From a virus (Duplodnaviria; Caudoviricetes), in IMG/VR virus record IMGVR_UViG_3300027672_000035, positions 1 to 34,966 of that record: a stretch of 34,966 nt of DNA; one strand, 5' to 3'. Position 1 is the stretch's first letter; every line of letters starts with the position of its first letter. The notes under the pieces are model-generated. The model was not told the DNA's origin. It searched no databases and saw only the letters and a list, made by a program, of their open reading frames with translations. A program made the translations under genes and the position numbers. Shown piece after piece: positions 15,694 through 25,168 of the stretch.

Positions 15694-16997
15694 TTACAAA
15701 CCCGCAATTCTTTATTGGTGTCGTAGAAGACATTAAAGATCCATTAGAAATAAATCGTGTACGCGTACGTATATTTGGTAAGCATACAGAAGATATAACA
15801 TTACTGCCGACTGCGAACCTACCATGGTACAATGTAGTTATGCCAGTTACATCTGCATCGACGTCAGGTGTAGGCCAGACCATCGGCCTCGTACAAGGTA
15901 GCTGGGTGTTCGGTACATTTATTGACGGCCCGAACGAACAAGAAGCATTAATACTTGGCTCACTACCAGGAGAAAGTACACGACAACCGCAAGACGGAGA
16001 AGGTTTTAAAGACCCTGATGGCACATATCCTAAAGAAACTGGAAAAGATACACCGAATAGTGCTACCGATTCTATCTCAGATGTATACAAAAATAGACTA
16101 GCACAAAGAGTTACAGACATACCTATTGCCACACAACCAAAACTATCTAGCCTATCCGATGATGAGAAGCCAGAAGATAAAGCTGTGTCATTACCAGACC
16201 CAAAAACATACTATAATCCTCAATATCCATACAATAATGTAACACAAACTGAGTCTGGACATATAATTGAACACGATGATACACCTGGTTATGAGAGAAT
16301 ATCAACCACACATAGCTCTGGTACATCCTCTGACATCATAAACGATGGATCTAAGATAGATACTATAGTAGGGGATGGGTATACAGTACACTCTAAAGAT
16401 AACACTGTCTATATAATCGGAAATTGCAACTTAACCGTAGATGGAGACGTTAATGTTAAATGTGGGGGTAACTATGTACTGGACGTGGAAGGCGACATGG
16501 TTACTAACGTATTAGGTAATGTGAAGACTAAAATAGGTGGTGAAGCTATCACAGAGGTTATCGGTAAGCGTGCAGTTAACATAGGTGCAACTGATATGCT
16601 TAAAGTTAAAGATGGTCAATCTATCAATATCGGTGATGATCAATCAATTACAGTCGGCGTTGATCAATCATTACAAGTAGTTGGATCGCGCAATGCAAAC
16701 ATATTAGAAAATGATGTATTAGTTGTAGGAATTGATAGAGTTGCTTCTATAACAAACGACGATTTTGATATCTGTTTAGGATCAAAAACAATGTCATCTT
16801 CGAAGAATCTTAAAATTAACTGTCCTGAAAAGATACATATAAATACTCCTAACGCAAGGGTGAGCGGAGATGTTATAGCAGGCGGTGGTGGTGTTTCACT
16901 TATAACACATTTCCACCCTCAACCAAATACAACTCCTAACGCTGAATCTCAAGGAGATACGAATGCTTCTGCTTCAGGAACAGCTGTAGGAACGTAA
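15690..16997 (+). CDS. gp5: Baseplate central spike gp5 (OB-fold plus beta-helix, no lysozyme domain, HxH tip)
   Basis: FIGVVEDIKDP...RVRVRIFG, LPW, YPYNNVTQTESGHIIEHDDTPG.ERI, VxG repeats, VSLITHFH. Confidence 0.9.
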   Translation: MITNPQFFIGVVEDIKDPLEINRVRVRIFGKHTEDITLLPTANLPWYNVVMPVTSASTSGVGQTIGLVQGSWVFGTFIDGPNEQEALILGSLPGESTRQPQDGEGFKDPDGTYPKETGKDTPNSATDSISDVYKNRLAQRVTDIPIATQPKLSSLSDDEKPEDKAVSLPDPKTYYNPQYPYNNVTQTESGHIIEHDDTPGYERISTTHSSGTSSDIINDGSKIDTIVGDGYTVHSKDNTVYIIGNCNLTVDGDVNVKCGGNYVLDVEGDMVTNVLGNVKTKIGGEAITEVIGKRAVNIGATDMLKVKDGQSINIGDDQSITVGVDQSLQVVGSRNANILENDVLVVGIDRVASITNDDFDICLGSKTMSSSKNLKINCPEKIHINTPNARVSGDVIAGGGGVSLITHFHPQPNTTPNAESQGDTNASASGTAVGT

Positions 16998-17012
16998 TAT
17001 TACGTTATTTTA

Positions 17013-17041
17013 TTTACATCGATTCCGCTATATGGTATAAT
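17013..17041 (+). promoter_or_regulatory. Sigma70-type promoter inside the late structural operon
   Basis: TTTACA(17013-17018)-N17-TATAAT(17036-17041) with TG extension; same design as 3538-3566. Confidence 0.75.
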
Positions 17042-17124
17042 ATTCGTAGAATGACACAAAGAAATGACCTCAACACCTTCCGATAGTTCCCACCCAGGGA
17101 TATATTACCTAAGATCATAATAAC

Positions 17125-19704
17125 ATGGCTAAAACTATTAATTATCCACTCACAAAGACTGTATTAAGTGCTGAAGGAAGCGCTGAGGTTCTTGGCCGTG
17201 GTACAAACGAATACACTGATCTATGGAGTACGGGATTATCTGCAATAGGAGGTAATCTTAACGATACTTGGTCACTATGGGATAACTTTCCTACTGTGGT
17301 ACGATTCGGTAACTTTGTTTATTGCTGGCATAAGATTGTTTCTAATCACTCCTACTATATTCTTATAGATGTTGTTGCAGATCCCGATACTGATACTGAA
17401 TTAGGAAGCAATATCGCATATAAAGAGTTATCAAATGGCCAAATTGATGCAGTTTCCAATGTATTAATTAGCCCCGATGTTATAACTGCGAGTGCAACTG
17501 ATGGTCCTTATACACCATTAACTATAGGAAATAAGATTGTTGCTACTCTCAGTGGGCCTGGTGCAAGTTTTATCAGTGATGATCGATCAATCGACCAACT
17601 TACACCAGTATTTACAAATGGAACGATCTCAGATATACTGATAGGTTGCAATGAGCCACTCATTGCTAATATGCCCGCGATTAAAGGTTACGGTGATCAT
17701 GCCGTTCTGAATCACACCGATGAAACTATTACTGCGTATGGAACCTTTGCACCTTTCGCTACAAAGGAACAATTTACTGCAATATACGGTAAAGAATCTG
17801 ATTGGGTTTTAAGACCGCACAATTCTGCAGATATATGGTTATTTGATAATAGTGCTAATACATTATATAATGTTGCTTATGCCAATGGGACAACTGATCT
17901 ATCATATCCGTTTACTGTAGAAGCAATGGTACCTAATACTTTATATAGAGATGTTGCAGGTGATACAACTGGCGATGGAATTGATAACACTCCAAGTTTC
18001 GAAACTGCACTAACCGCGTTCGCTATAGTCGCTGCAGTTGTACCGGCATTAGACCCAACAAAGTGTGTAGGGTTTCCTGGTGATATAAAAATACCAGGCA
18101 TAGCAACAGACGGTATAAGCGAAAGGCTCAACGATGCTAAAGCAGCAGTGGCTGCAGCAGCATCCTCAACAGGGCTTTTGGATATCGAGAAAAGGCTCGA
18201 GGGGTTAAAGGCTCGTATAAAAGACAGTATGCCAAAGGGCGCTCAGATACAAAATCTGGCTGCTGATATAGCGAATGTGAATCCTAAAGATCTTGATGCA
18301 ATAGGCGCACTCAACAAAAAGTGGAAGGGTGCTGTTGATAAAGTAGCGGGCTACTTTGATGATATCGGAGGTTTAGACATATGTTCATTGGTTGGCCTGG
18401 AGGGGAAGACAGGCGATGACGGTATACTGGTGAAGAAGCCCGAGACTCCTAGTATACCTGAGAGCGATATTGAGGAACCTGAGCAGAGTGTGTATGTTCC
18501 TACACAGTCAAAGAACACTGCGCAAAACGAGGTACAGGCAGCCACAGGTATCACCCCTGCAAAATGCGAGAAAGCGTATTCCGATTGGTCTGATTTGTGG
18601 ACTGAGCTTAGAAATGATGATGCTTATATATGGGCAAATTATTTGAGGAAAGGGCCAGAAAAATTGGATAAATTAACAGAAGTATTTAAGGGCGCTGATT
18701 ATGTGAAAGCTCAGGAAGCGATGGCTCAGAAAGTACCTATTCCTCTGACACAAGCTAGGATAGACGAAATGCGTACAGAAGTATTAGAGCTTGGTTTATT
18801 TGTAATTGCATATAAGAAAATGGAAGGTTGGGTCAACCATTTCCAAATGTACATGCAGCAAAACATAGGTAATGCTGGGCACGATTTCTTTCCGGCTACT
18901 GACTACGACGTGAGTTCGATCGTGACGTTTGGGCCCGATTTGATCCCGGCAGTCGGCTCTATTCACAGCGGGCAAAACTTTCTGAATATCTCATTTATGG
19001 ATCAAGCCAATTACGATTTACTGTTAAAATTTGAAGAACAGATATACTCCGCTGTAAAGAAATATTTCTTTACTGAAGAAGGAGTAAACATCCAACTTAT
19101 ACGTATGGTGAGCTCGTACCGAATCTCGAACGCCCCTACCAAACAAAGGATTATAGATGCTTTAAATGAAGGCAGCGAAGGCGACCCGGCCGACGATAGT
19201 ATTAATGGCACGCCCACAGACGAATTTAAAAATGCGGTTACCGGTAACGTATCATACTCGTCAGACTATAGCGGGAAAAAACGCAATCAACCAATACAAC
19301 CAAGGTTAATGAAAATCTTAGAAGCTTCTGCTGCTGAGAAAAATTATAGCATTGTGGTATTCTCAGGTGGACAAGATTATAAAGGTAAAGGTAGTAAAAG
19401 AACAGGTTCCATAAGGCATGATGGTGGATACGCTGCAGACATGCGTGTTTATAACGACAAAGGCCGAAGAATACACGCGGCCAGCAGTAGTTCTAAAGAT
19501 ATTGATGCACTAAGGGAATTTGTGCTAGTACTATTAAAGAATGGTATTACTTCTATAGGAGCCGATGACGATTATATGAGTGGAAACCTTCATGTAGATA
19601 TCGCATCTAATTCACCAGCAGCGTGTTGGGGTGCAAAGGGTAAAAGCTATAGGAGGATATATGCACCGCAATGGTTAACTTCAGCCTTCGACAACCGAGT
19701 TTAA
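17125..19704 (+). CDS. Large multidomain protein with C-terminal M15-like Zn peptidase domain
   Basis: SIRHDGGYAAD (H-x6-D) and LHVD motifs; 859 aa; between gp5 and gp25. Confidence 0.7.
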   Translation: MAKTINYPLTKTVLSAEGSAEVLGRGTNEYTDLWSTGLSAIGGNLNDTWSLWDNFPTVVRFGNFVYCWHKIVSNHSYYILIDVVADPDTDTELGSNIAYKELSNGQIDAVSNVLISPDVITASATDGPYTPLTIGNKIVATLSGPGASFISDDRSIDQLTPVFTNGTISDILIGCNEPLIANMPAIKGYGDHAVLNHTDETITAYGTFAPFATKEQFTAIYGKESDWVLRPHNSADIWLFDNSANTLYNVAYANGTTDLSYPFTVEAMVPNTLYRDVAGDTTGDGIDNTPSFETALTAFAIVAAVVPALDPTKCVGFPGDIKIPGIATDGISERLNDAKAAVAAAASSTGLLDIEKRLEGLKARIKDSMPKGAQIQNLAADIANVNPKDLDAIGALNKKWKGAVDKVAGYFDDIGGLDICSLVGLEGKTGDDGILVKKPETPSIPESDIEEPEQSVYVPTQSKNTAQNEVQAATGITPAKCEKAYSDWSDLWTELRNDDAYIWANYLRKGPEKLDKLTEVFKGADYVKAQEAMAQKVPIPLTQARIDEMRTEVLELGLFVIAYKKMEGWVNHFQMYMQQNIGNAGHDFFPATDYDVSSIVTFGPDLIPAVGSIHSGQNFLNISFMDQANYDLLLKFEEQIYSAVKKYFFTEEGVNIQLIRMVSSYRISNAPTKQRIIDALNEGSEGDPADDSINGTPTDEFKNAVTGNVSYSSDYSGKKRNQPIQPRLMKILEASAAEKNYSIVVFSGGQDYKGKGSKRTGSIRHDGGYAADMRVYNDKGRRIHAASSSSKDIDALREFVLVLLKNGITSIGADDDYMSGNLHVDIASNSPAACWGAKGKSYRRIYAPQWLTSAFDNRV

Positions 19705-19705
19705 A

Positions 19706-20131
19706 ATGAAAAATATATATCTAAAACCAGACGTTAACGGATTTGTAAGTGAGAAGTTTCTTACTGTTGCAATTTCTGATCAAGTTCGTAAGACAAAGCT
19801 CAACAGCTATATTCCAACCAATGCAAACACACACAAGGTTTATAGTGGTAAACCAGAAGAGTATGCATTGTACTTTATATCAATAATGAAGAAGTCTTCT
19901 CAGCTTAATGCTAACTATAAAAAACTTGTCCGGTCGTATTCCTCAACAGGCGATTCTGTAGAGGTTGAACGCATAGGCCTGTTTAGTGTGAATCCACGCA
20001 CCTGCCCAGAAATAGAGCGTGAAAAACTTTTCCAGCCCGCCGTTAATATAATTGAGGGCGTTCGGTTATACACTGAATTAATACTTAGAGAAGGTAAACT
20101 TCCTCAGGTGAATGGTGTGATTTCTATATAA
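19706..20131 (+). CDS. Degenerate lytic transglycosylase (SLT)-like protein
   Basis: IMKKSSQLNAN / GLFSV / LFQPAVNIIEGVRLY resemble SLT motifs, with SS in place of the catalytic ES. Confidence 0.55.
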   Translation: MKNIYLKPDVNGFVSEKFLTVAISDQVRKTKLNSYIPTNANTHKVYSGKPEEYALYFISIMKKSSQLNANYKKLVRSYSSTGDSVEVERIGLFSVNPRTCPEIEREKLFQPAVNIIEGVRLYTELILREGKLPQVNGVISI

Positions 20132-20134
20132 ATA
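20127..20134 (+). promoter_or_regulatory. T4-type late promoter for gp25
   Basis: TATAAATA ending 5 nt before ATG 20140. Confidence 0.75.
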
Positions 20135-20139
20135 GTATT

Positions 20140-20583
20140 ATGGCGTTGAGATCAGACTATAATGTTAACGAAAGGGTACCTTCAATTGCTTCAGTTGATA
20201 AGGATGGCCTTTTTGCAGACATCCCACTTGATTTTATTGCTCACCCCAACACAAAGGATATTCGTCCTATTACAGATATTCAGGCAATTAGGCAATCCGT
20301 AAAAATCCTTGTTCTCAGTAACTTTTCTGACCGGCCGTTTCATCCTGAACTTGGTGCCAATGTGACACGCTATCTCTTCGAGAATGCCGATCAGTTTACT
20401 GGTATGGGAATTAGAGACGAGGTATTAAGGATCATTGAAAGACGCGAGCCTCGGGTCAGCAACCCAAAAGTAGAAGTACAGCTTGATCAAGAATACAACC
20501 GTCTTCTCGTAACAATAGTTTTTCAAATTAGAAACACAAATACTAACGCTGAGGTATCTTTCTACCTCGACCGAATCCGCTAA
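20140..20583 (+). CDS. gp25: Baseplate wedge subunit gp25
   Basis: AIRQSVKILVL...RPFHPELGA...LFEN, EPRV motifs. Confidence 0.92.
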   Translation: MALRSDYNVNERVPSIASVDKDGLFADIPLDFIAHPNTKDIRPITDIQAIRQSVKILVLSNFSDRPFHPELGANVTRYLFENADQFTGMGIRDEVLRIIERREPRVSNPKVEVQLDQEYNRLLVTIVFQIRNTNTNAEVSFYLDRIR

Positions 20584-20589
20584 AAGACC

Positions 20590-22404
20590 ATGGCAATTAA
20601 ACAACTCAATATCACAGAACTTGATTTCGATAAGATCAAGGACGAAATTAAATCATATTATAAAAGAAAGGATGGTCCATTCAAGGACTTTGATTTTGAT
20701 GGTTCTGGTCTCAACGTTATTCTTGATATCCTTGCACATAATACACACTATAATGCTGTGTTGGCACACCTTGCAGCGAACGAAACATTCATCTCTTCGG
20801 CCCAGCTTAGAAAGAATGTTGTAGCCCGTGCGAAGACTCTTGGTTATACACCTAAGAGCAATTCAGCACCAGCGGTTGAGCTTACACTTACAAATCTTAA
20901 CGCGGGTATCACATCGCTACCAGAAGGTACAACATTCACATCTTCTGATACATTAAATAATGAAACATATAACTTTGTTGCGTTTGAAGAAATAGGTGCC
21001 CCAACTACTCCTTTTACAGTTTACCAAGGTGCGATTAAAACGAAAGAATATATATTTGACGATAAGGTTCCCAATCTTAAGTTTGAAATACCTGACACAA
21101 ACATTGATAAGACGAAACTTGTAGTAACGGTCAGTGATTCTATTAGCAGCACGCAGAAAGAAGTTTATACAAGGTTTTCTGAGCTACCTGGTGTTGATGG
21201 TACTTCAAAACTATATTTCATTAACGAAAATCCTAGCGGCAAATTTGATATATCATTCGGCGATGGAGTACTGGGTAAAAAACCATTACCAGGTTCATTG
21301 ATTAGGTTTAAATATTTAACAACAGATGGTCCTGCGGCGAATGGGTTATCAGTATTTACAACATCAGATTCTATATTTGATGGAGTAAGTAAACCGAGTA
21401 TAAAATCTACAGCAGCTTCTTCTGGAGGTGGAACAAATGAAAGCATTGAGAGTATTAGAGCAAACGCTCCTCTGCAATTTATATCTCAAAATAGAGCTGT
21501 TACTATTGACGATTACAAAGTTCTTGTTCGTGCTAACTCAACTGCAGAATCAGTATCAGTTTGGGGAGGAGAAGACAACGACCCTCCTGAATATGGCAGT
21601 GTATTTATCTCGGCAAAACCGGCGGTTGCATCAACTCTTACCGAGGCTCAAAAAGCGCAGTTATTGCCTATCCTAGATTCAAAGGGGATTCTTACTGTTC
21701 GACCTAAGTTTGTCGATCCAGAAATTACATTTCTATACTTTAATGTTTTTGCGAAATACAATTCTACGCTAACCAACCTTTCTGCAGACGGTGTGTCAGC
21801 ACTTATTAAAACAGGCCTTGGGGAGTTCAGTAATGACTCCCTTGAAAGTTTTGAAGGAGTATTTAGGTATTCACAATTTCTAAATTATATTACTGATCTA
21901 GATCCTGCCATCTTAAGTACATACGCGCGCGTGTATTGCAAGAAAAACTTTACTGCTACTGCTTCTAATAAAGCTACGTATAAAATCAATTTCGACTTTG
22001 AATTAGAAGTGCCGACCGGGCCTACTGAGTCATTAATCACTTCGACAGGCTACGTGTTTGGCGGGGTTACGTATTTCTTTAAAGACGAAGAATCTTCAGC
22101 AATAAATATTAGAAATATATATCGCTACACTATTAACCCAGATCTTGTAGAAATTTTAGACGAAAGAAACGTTGGAACTGTTAATACTTCAACAGGCGTT
22201 ATTGAGATTAGTGATTTTAATATAGCATCTGAAACAACTATTTCAATATTCGCGAGACCAAGCTCGAACGATGTAGCTCCTAAAAGAAACCAAATTATAG
22301 AGATTGATTTAGTAACTACCGCGATTGAATCAGCAGTTGATACCATTGCCACGCGTGGCACATCAGGAGCGAGCGAATATGTTACAACACCCCGTGAAAA
22401 ATAA
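20590..22404 (+). CDS. gp6: Baseplate wedge subunit gp6
   Basis: ELDFDKIK, DFDFDGSGL..ILDILAHNTHY, FGDGVLGK, QNRAVT..DY, WGGEDNDPP.YG.VFIS. Confidence 0.93.
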   Translation: MAIKQLNITELDFDKIKDEIKSYYKRKDGPFKDFDFDGSGLNVILDILAHNTHYNAVLAHLAANETFISSAQLRKNVVARAKTLGYTPKSNSAPAVELTLTNLNAGITSLPEGTTFTSSDTLNNETYNFVAFEEIGAPTTPFTVYQGAIKTKEYIFDDKVPNLKFEIPDTNIDKTKLVVTVSDSISSTQKEVYTRFSELPGVDGTSKLYFINENPSGKFDISFGDGVLGKKPLPGSLIRFKYLTTDGPAANGLSVFTTSDSIFDGVSKPSIKSTAASSGGGTNESIESIRANAPLQFISQNRAVTIDDYKVLVRANSTAESVSVWGGEDNDPPEYGSVFISAKPAVASTLTEAQKAQLLPILDSKGILTVRPKFVDPEITFLYFNVFAKYNSTLTNLSADGVSALIKTGLGEFSNDSLESFEGVFRYSQFLNYITDLDPAILSTYARVYCKKNFTATASNKATYKINFDFELEVPTGPTESLITSTGYVFGGVTYFFKDEESSAINIRNIYRYTINPDLVEILDERNVGTVNTSTGVIEISDFNIASETTISIFARPSSNDVAPKRNQIIEIDLVTTAIESAVDTIATRGTSGASEYVTTPREK

Positions 22405-23507
22405 TGCACACATCAATTGCCAGTTATAGACCTCAAAACCACGAGAGAGATAAAGTACGAGAGCTCATCCCGCAATATCTGAGGGACGGGGCGTCCAATC
22501 TAATCTCTTTCATGGAAGAGTATTATGATTACTTGAACCGTGAAGGATTTGCTTCGTATGAACTAGCGCATGTCATCAATGAAAATGATATTGATTTTAC
22601 TAGCGAAAAATACCTTGATGCTATTCAAGGAGAAATCGCCAAGATAGTTCCCAGCTCAAGTGTGATTGATAGAACCACTCTTTACAAAAGAATAGTTCAT
22701 TATTATAGTGTTAAAGGAACGCCTGAAAGTGTTCATGTGTTTTTTCAAATGATGTTTGATAGTATAGTTGAAGTATACTATCCTTCCGATAATTTGTTTA
22801 AACTGTCTGCCGGAACTTACAATCAAACAACTGATCTTTATACAAAACGAAATGGAGATTTATCAGGTATTGACAAAATTCAAGACTCGTTCTTTTGGCA
22901 AGATTTCAGCTACCAAATAAAAGCTACTATTAGTACTGAGCGATGGATTAATTCATTTGAACGTATGGTTCATCCGGCAGGAATGAAATTTTTTGTTTTA
23001 GTTCTTGTTGAAGCAGCGATAAACAATCGTTGGGAAGAATTCCAATCGTACACGGGCACCGCTAATAACCCAGAGAGTTGGCTCAAAGACTTAAGGCCTC
23101 CTGTATTGAGAGGTGTTTTATCTTATGAAGCTTACCACACCCCGAAATACCAACCAGGTTGGCTGTCTAGTATTATTGCAGGATTCGTTACTGCAACAGC
23201 TGAAAATTACTATGGATCTTTGAATCTTAACGATTCTTCCTTTGATCGAGTTGTATTCTTTAATACTATTTTTAATTTTATTAATAGCAATTGGTCAAAT
23301 AGTACTAATTCTAAACAATACTTTAACAGAGGGTTCTGGGATGATCCGGCTACACTTAATGCACTAAATGTGCTTAATACACCTTTATCAATTTTAATTA
23401 ACGAATACCAACAAGAATATGCAGCAGGTCGTTTAGAGAGTGCTGAAGCACCACAACCACTAGTTCAAGTCTGTCGCACTGTTGGCGGAGAAGAAATTTG
23501 TGTATAA
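22404..23507 (+). CDS. gp7: Baseplate wedge initiator (gp7-like, short)
   Basis: FMEEYYDYL, YYSVKGTPES...FF, KIQDSFFWQDFSY, VHPAGMKFF. Confidence 0.75.
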   Translation: MHTSIASYRPQNHERDKVRELIPQYLRDGASNLISFMEEYYDYLNREGFASYELAHVINENDIDFTSEKYLDAIQGEIAKIVPSSSVIDRTTLYKRIVHYYSVKGTPESVHVFFQMMFDSIVEVYYPSDNLFKLSAGTYNQTTDLYTKRNGDLSGIDKIQDSFFWQDFSYQIKATISTERWINSFERMVHPAGMKFFVLVLVEAAINNRWEEFQSYTGTANNPESWLKDLRPPVLRGVLSYEAYHTPKYQPGWLSSIIAGFVTATAENYYGSLNLNDSSFDRVVFFNTIFNFINSNWSNSTNSKQYFNRGFWDDPATLNALNVLNTPLSILINEYQQEYAAGRLESAEAPQPLVQVCRTVGGEEICV

Positions 23508-23524
23508 GAAGCAGAATATCCTCG

Positions 23525-23541
23525 TATAAATATTATAAATA
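23525..23541 (+). promoter_or_regulatory. Tandem late promoters for gp8
   Basis: TATAAATA at 23525-23532 and 23534-23541. Confidence 0.8.
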
Positions 23542-23563
23542 ATAACTAAGAACACAACTAATT

Positions 23564-25156
23564 ATGGCAGCAATTATTACAGATGACTTCCGCAGGAATC
23601 AAGCAAGGCTTTTAGTCAATGACATTAAAGCTTCGGCCGACGCGTCCTTTGATACACCAGCTTCTAACTCAAACGAATCGAATTGGCCTTATCGAGGAAC
23701 TAACAGGTATTCAGTAGGTCTTGGTAAAACAGATTCATGGCCTGATAATGCTGGTCCAGTTAGCGAAGATGCAGTAAATTTTGTCGTACCAGTGCCCGCG
23801 GGGGTTAAACAGGAAGATGAAGATATTATTAATAATCTTTTTACACTTAAAGATGTCACTTTGGGAGGAGTAAAACAACTAATTGCTAAAAACCCGTGGA
23901 CAACAGGAAGAAAATATAAAGTATACGACTCTGCCGATAATGATGCTTTTTATTCAACAGGTGATCTTTATCCTTGCTACGTGACTTATTCAAATAGTGT
24001 TTATATCTGTCTTGCAAACACAGCTGTAGATAACGGATTTACTGCGGTTCTTCCTTCAACTACAGCGCCTTTCACGAACTCATCCTCGGGTAATTACGGC
24101 TTTGGAGCTCCAGTACAAGGATATGTTTGGTGTGAAGTAGCAAAAATATCAGCGGATGATCCTCACGTAAGTAATCAATTTGTTCCAATTAAAAGGGATG
24201 TTGATGTTGATCCGGCCATCGACGCAGATGATAAAAAACGTAGTGGAGGCCTTATATCTCATGTTGGAATTATTGCTGGTGGAAGCGGATATTCTAATAG
24301 TACAACAACTATTACCGCAACTATAGTTAAACACGACGGGACAGTAGCCTCGCCTGCGATATCCTTTACACCAATTATTGATGGAGGTGGTGTCATTCAA
24401 CGCGTTGACATCCGCGATCCACAAAATTCACCTACTGATAGTGGATCTTACGAATTTTGGGTAAACGGTGATGCCGGTAGTCTTATTACCAACAGTCTTG
24501 CTCTTACGGATAGAGTGAAATCTGTTAACTTTACAGTTACTGACACCAACGGGGGTGCCGGGGCGAGATTGGCTGCTACTGTGGCTCCTATTTCTGGATA
24601 TGGTAAAAATGCTATAGATATATTGCCTACATGGTTTGTTGGTGTAAATACTTCATTCACAGGAACAGAGGTCGATGGTGATACACCAGAACTTACGTTT
24701 AGACAAGTGTGTTTAATGAAAAACTTTACTAGAAATAGCGATGGCGACTCTAATACTGGTATTCTCGACACATTGAGATCACTCACACTCAATGCCCCCG
24801 CGGATCCTTTACCAAGTTTGACCCAAGGCCAGGTGTTGTATCAAGCAGGAAGTAATGCTAAATTTTATTTTGACCGGTTCGTAACCGTCGGGAGTACTAC
24901 TAAATTATACTATCACCAAAATTCAAATGGAGAAGTAAATATGATTACTCCGACAGCGGTGGCTGCTGATGAAATAGGAACAACCAGTGGCGGATCCCAA
25001 GTCTCGGCTGGGGTTTCAGCAATTACTGATGGTGAATACAAATCTCGGATTGGCGATGGCGAAATTAATGGAGAAGTTATTTTCCACGAAAACCGTAAGC
25101 CGTTCGCCCGTAGCGCATCTCAAACTGAAGAGGTAAAACTCATTATACAACTTTAA
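23564..25156 (+). CDS. gp8: Baseplate wedge subunit gp8
   Basis: MAAIITDDFR N-terminus, WTTG..Y..YD, VYICLAN, GEVIFHENRKP..R...QTEEVKLIIQL C-terminus. Confidence 0.85.
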   Translation: MAAIITDDFRRNQARLLVNDIKASADASFDTPASNSNESNWPYRGTNRYSVGLGKTDSWPDNAGPVSEDAVNFVVPVPAGVKQEDEDIINNLFTLKDVTLGGVKQLIAKNPWTTGRKYKVYDSADNDAFYSTGDLYPCYVTYSNSVYICLANTAVDNGFTAVLPSTTAPFTNSSSGNYGFGAPVQGYVWCEVAKISADDPHVSNQFVPIKRDVDVDPAIDADDKKRSGGLISHVGIIAGGSGYSNSTTTITATIVKHDGTVASPAISFTPIIDGGGVIQRVDIRDPQNSPTDSGSYEFWVNGDAGSLITNSLALTDRVKSVNFTVTDTNGGAGARLAATVAPISGYGKNAIDILPTWFVGVNTSFTGTEVDGDTPELTFRQVCLMKNFTRNSDGDSNTGILDTLRSLTLNAPADPLPSLTQGQVLYQAGSNAKFYFDRFVTVGSTTKLYYHQNSNGEVNMITPTAVAADEIGTTSGGSQVSAGVSAITDGEYKSRIGDGEINGEVIFHENRKPFARSASQTEEVKLIIQL

Positions 25157-25168
25157 TAAATAAGATTT

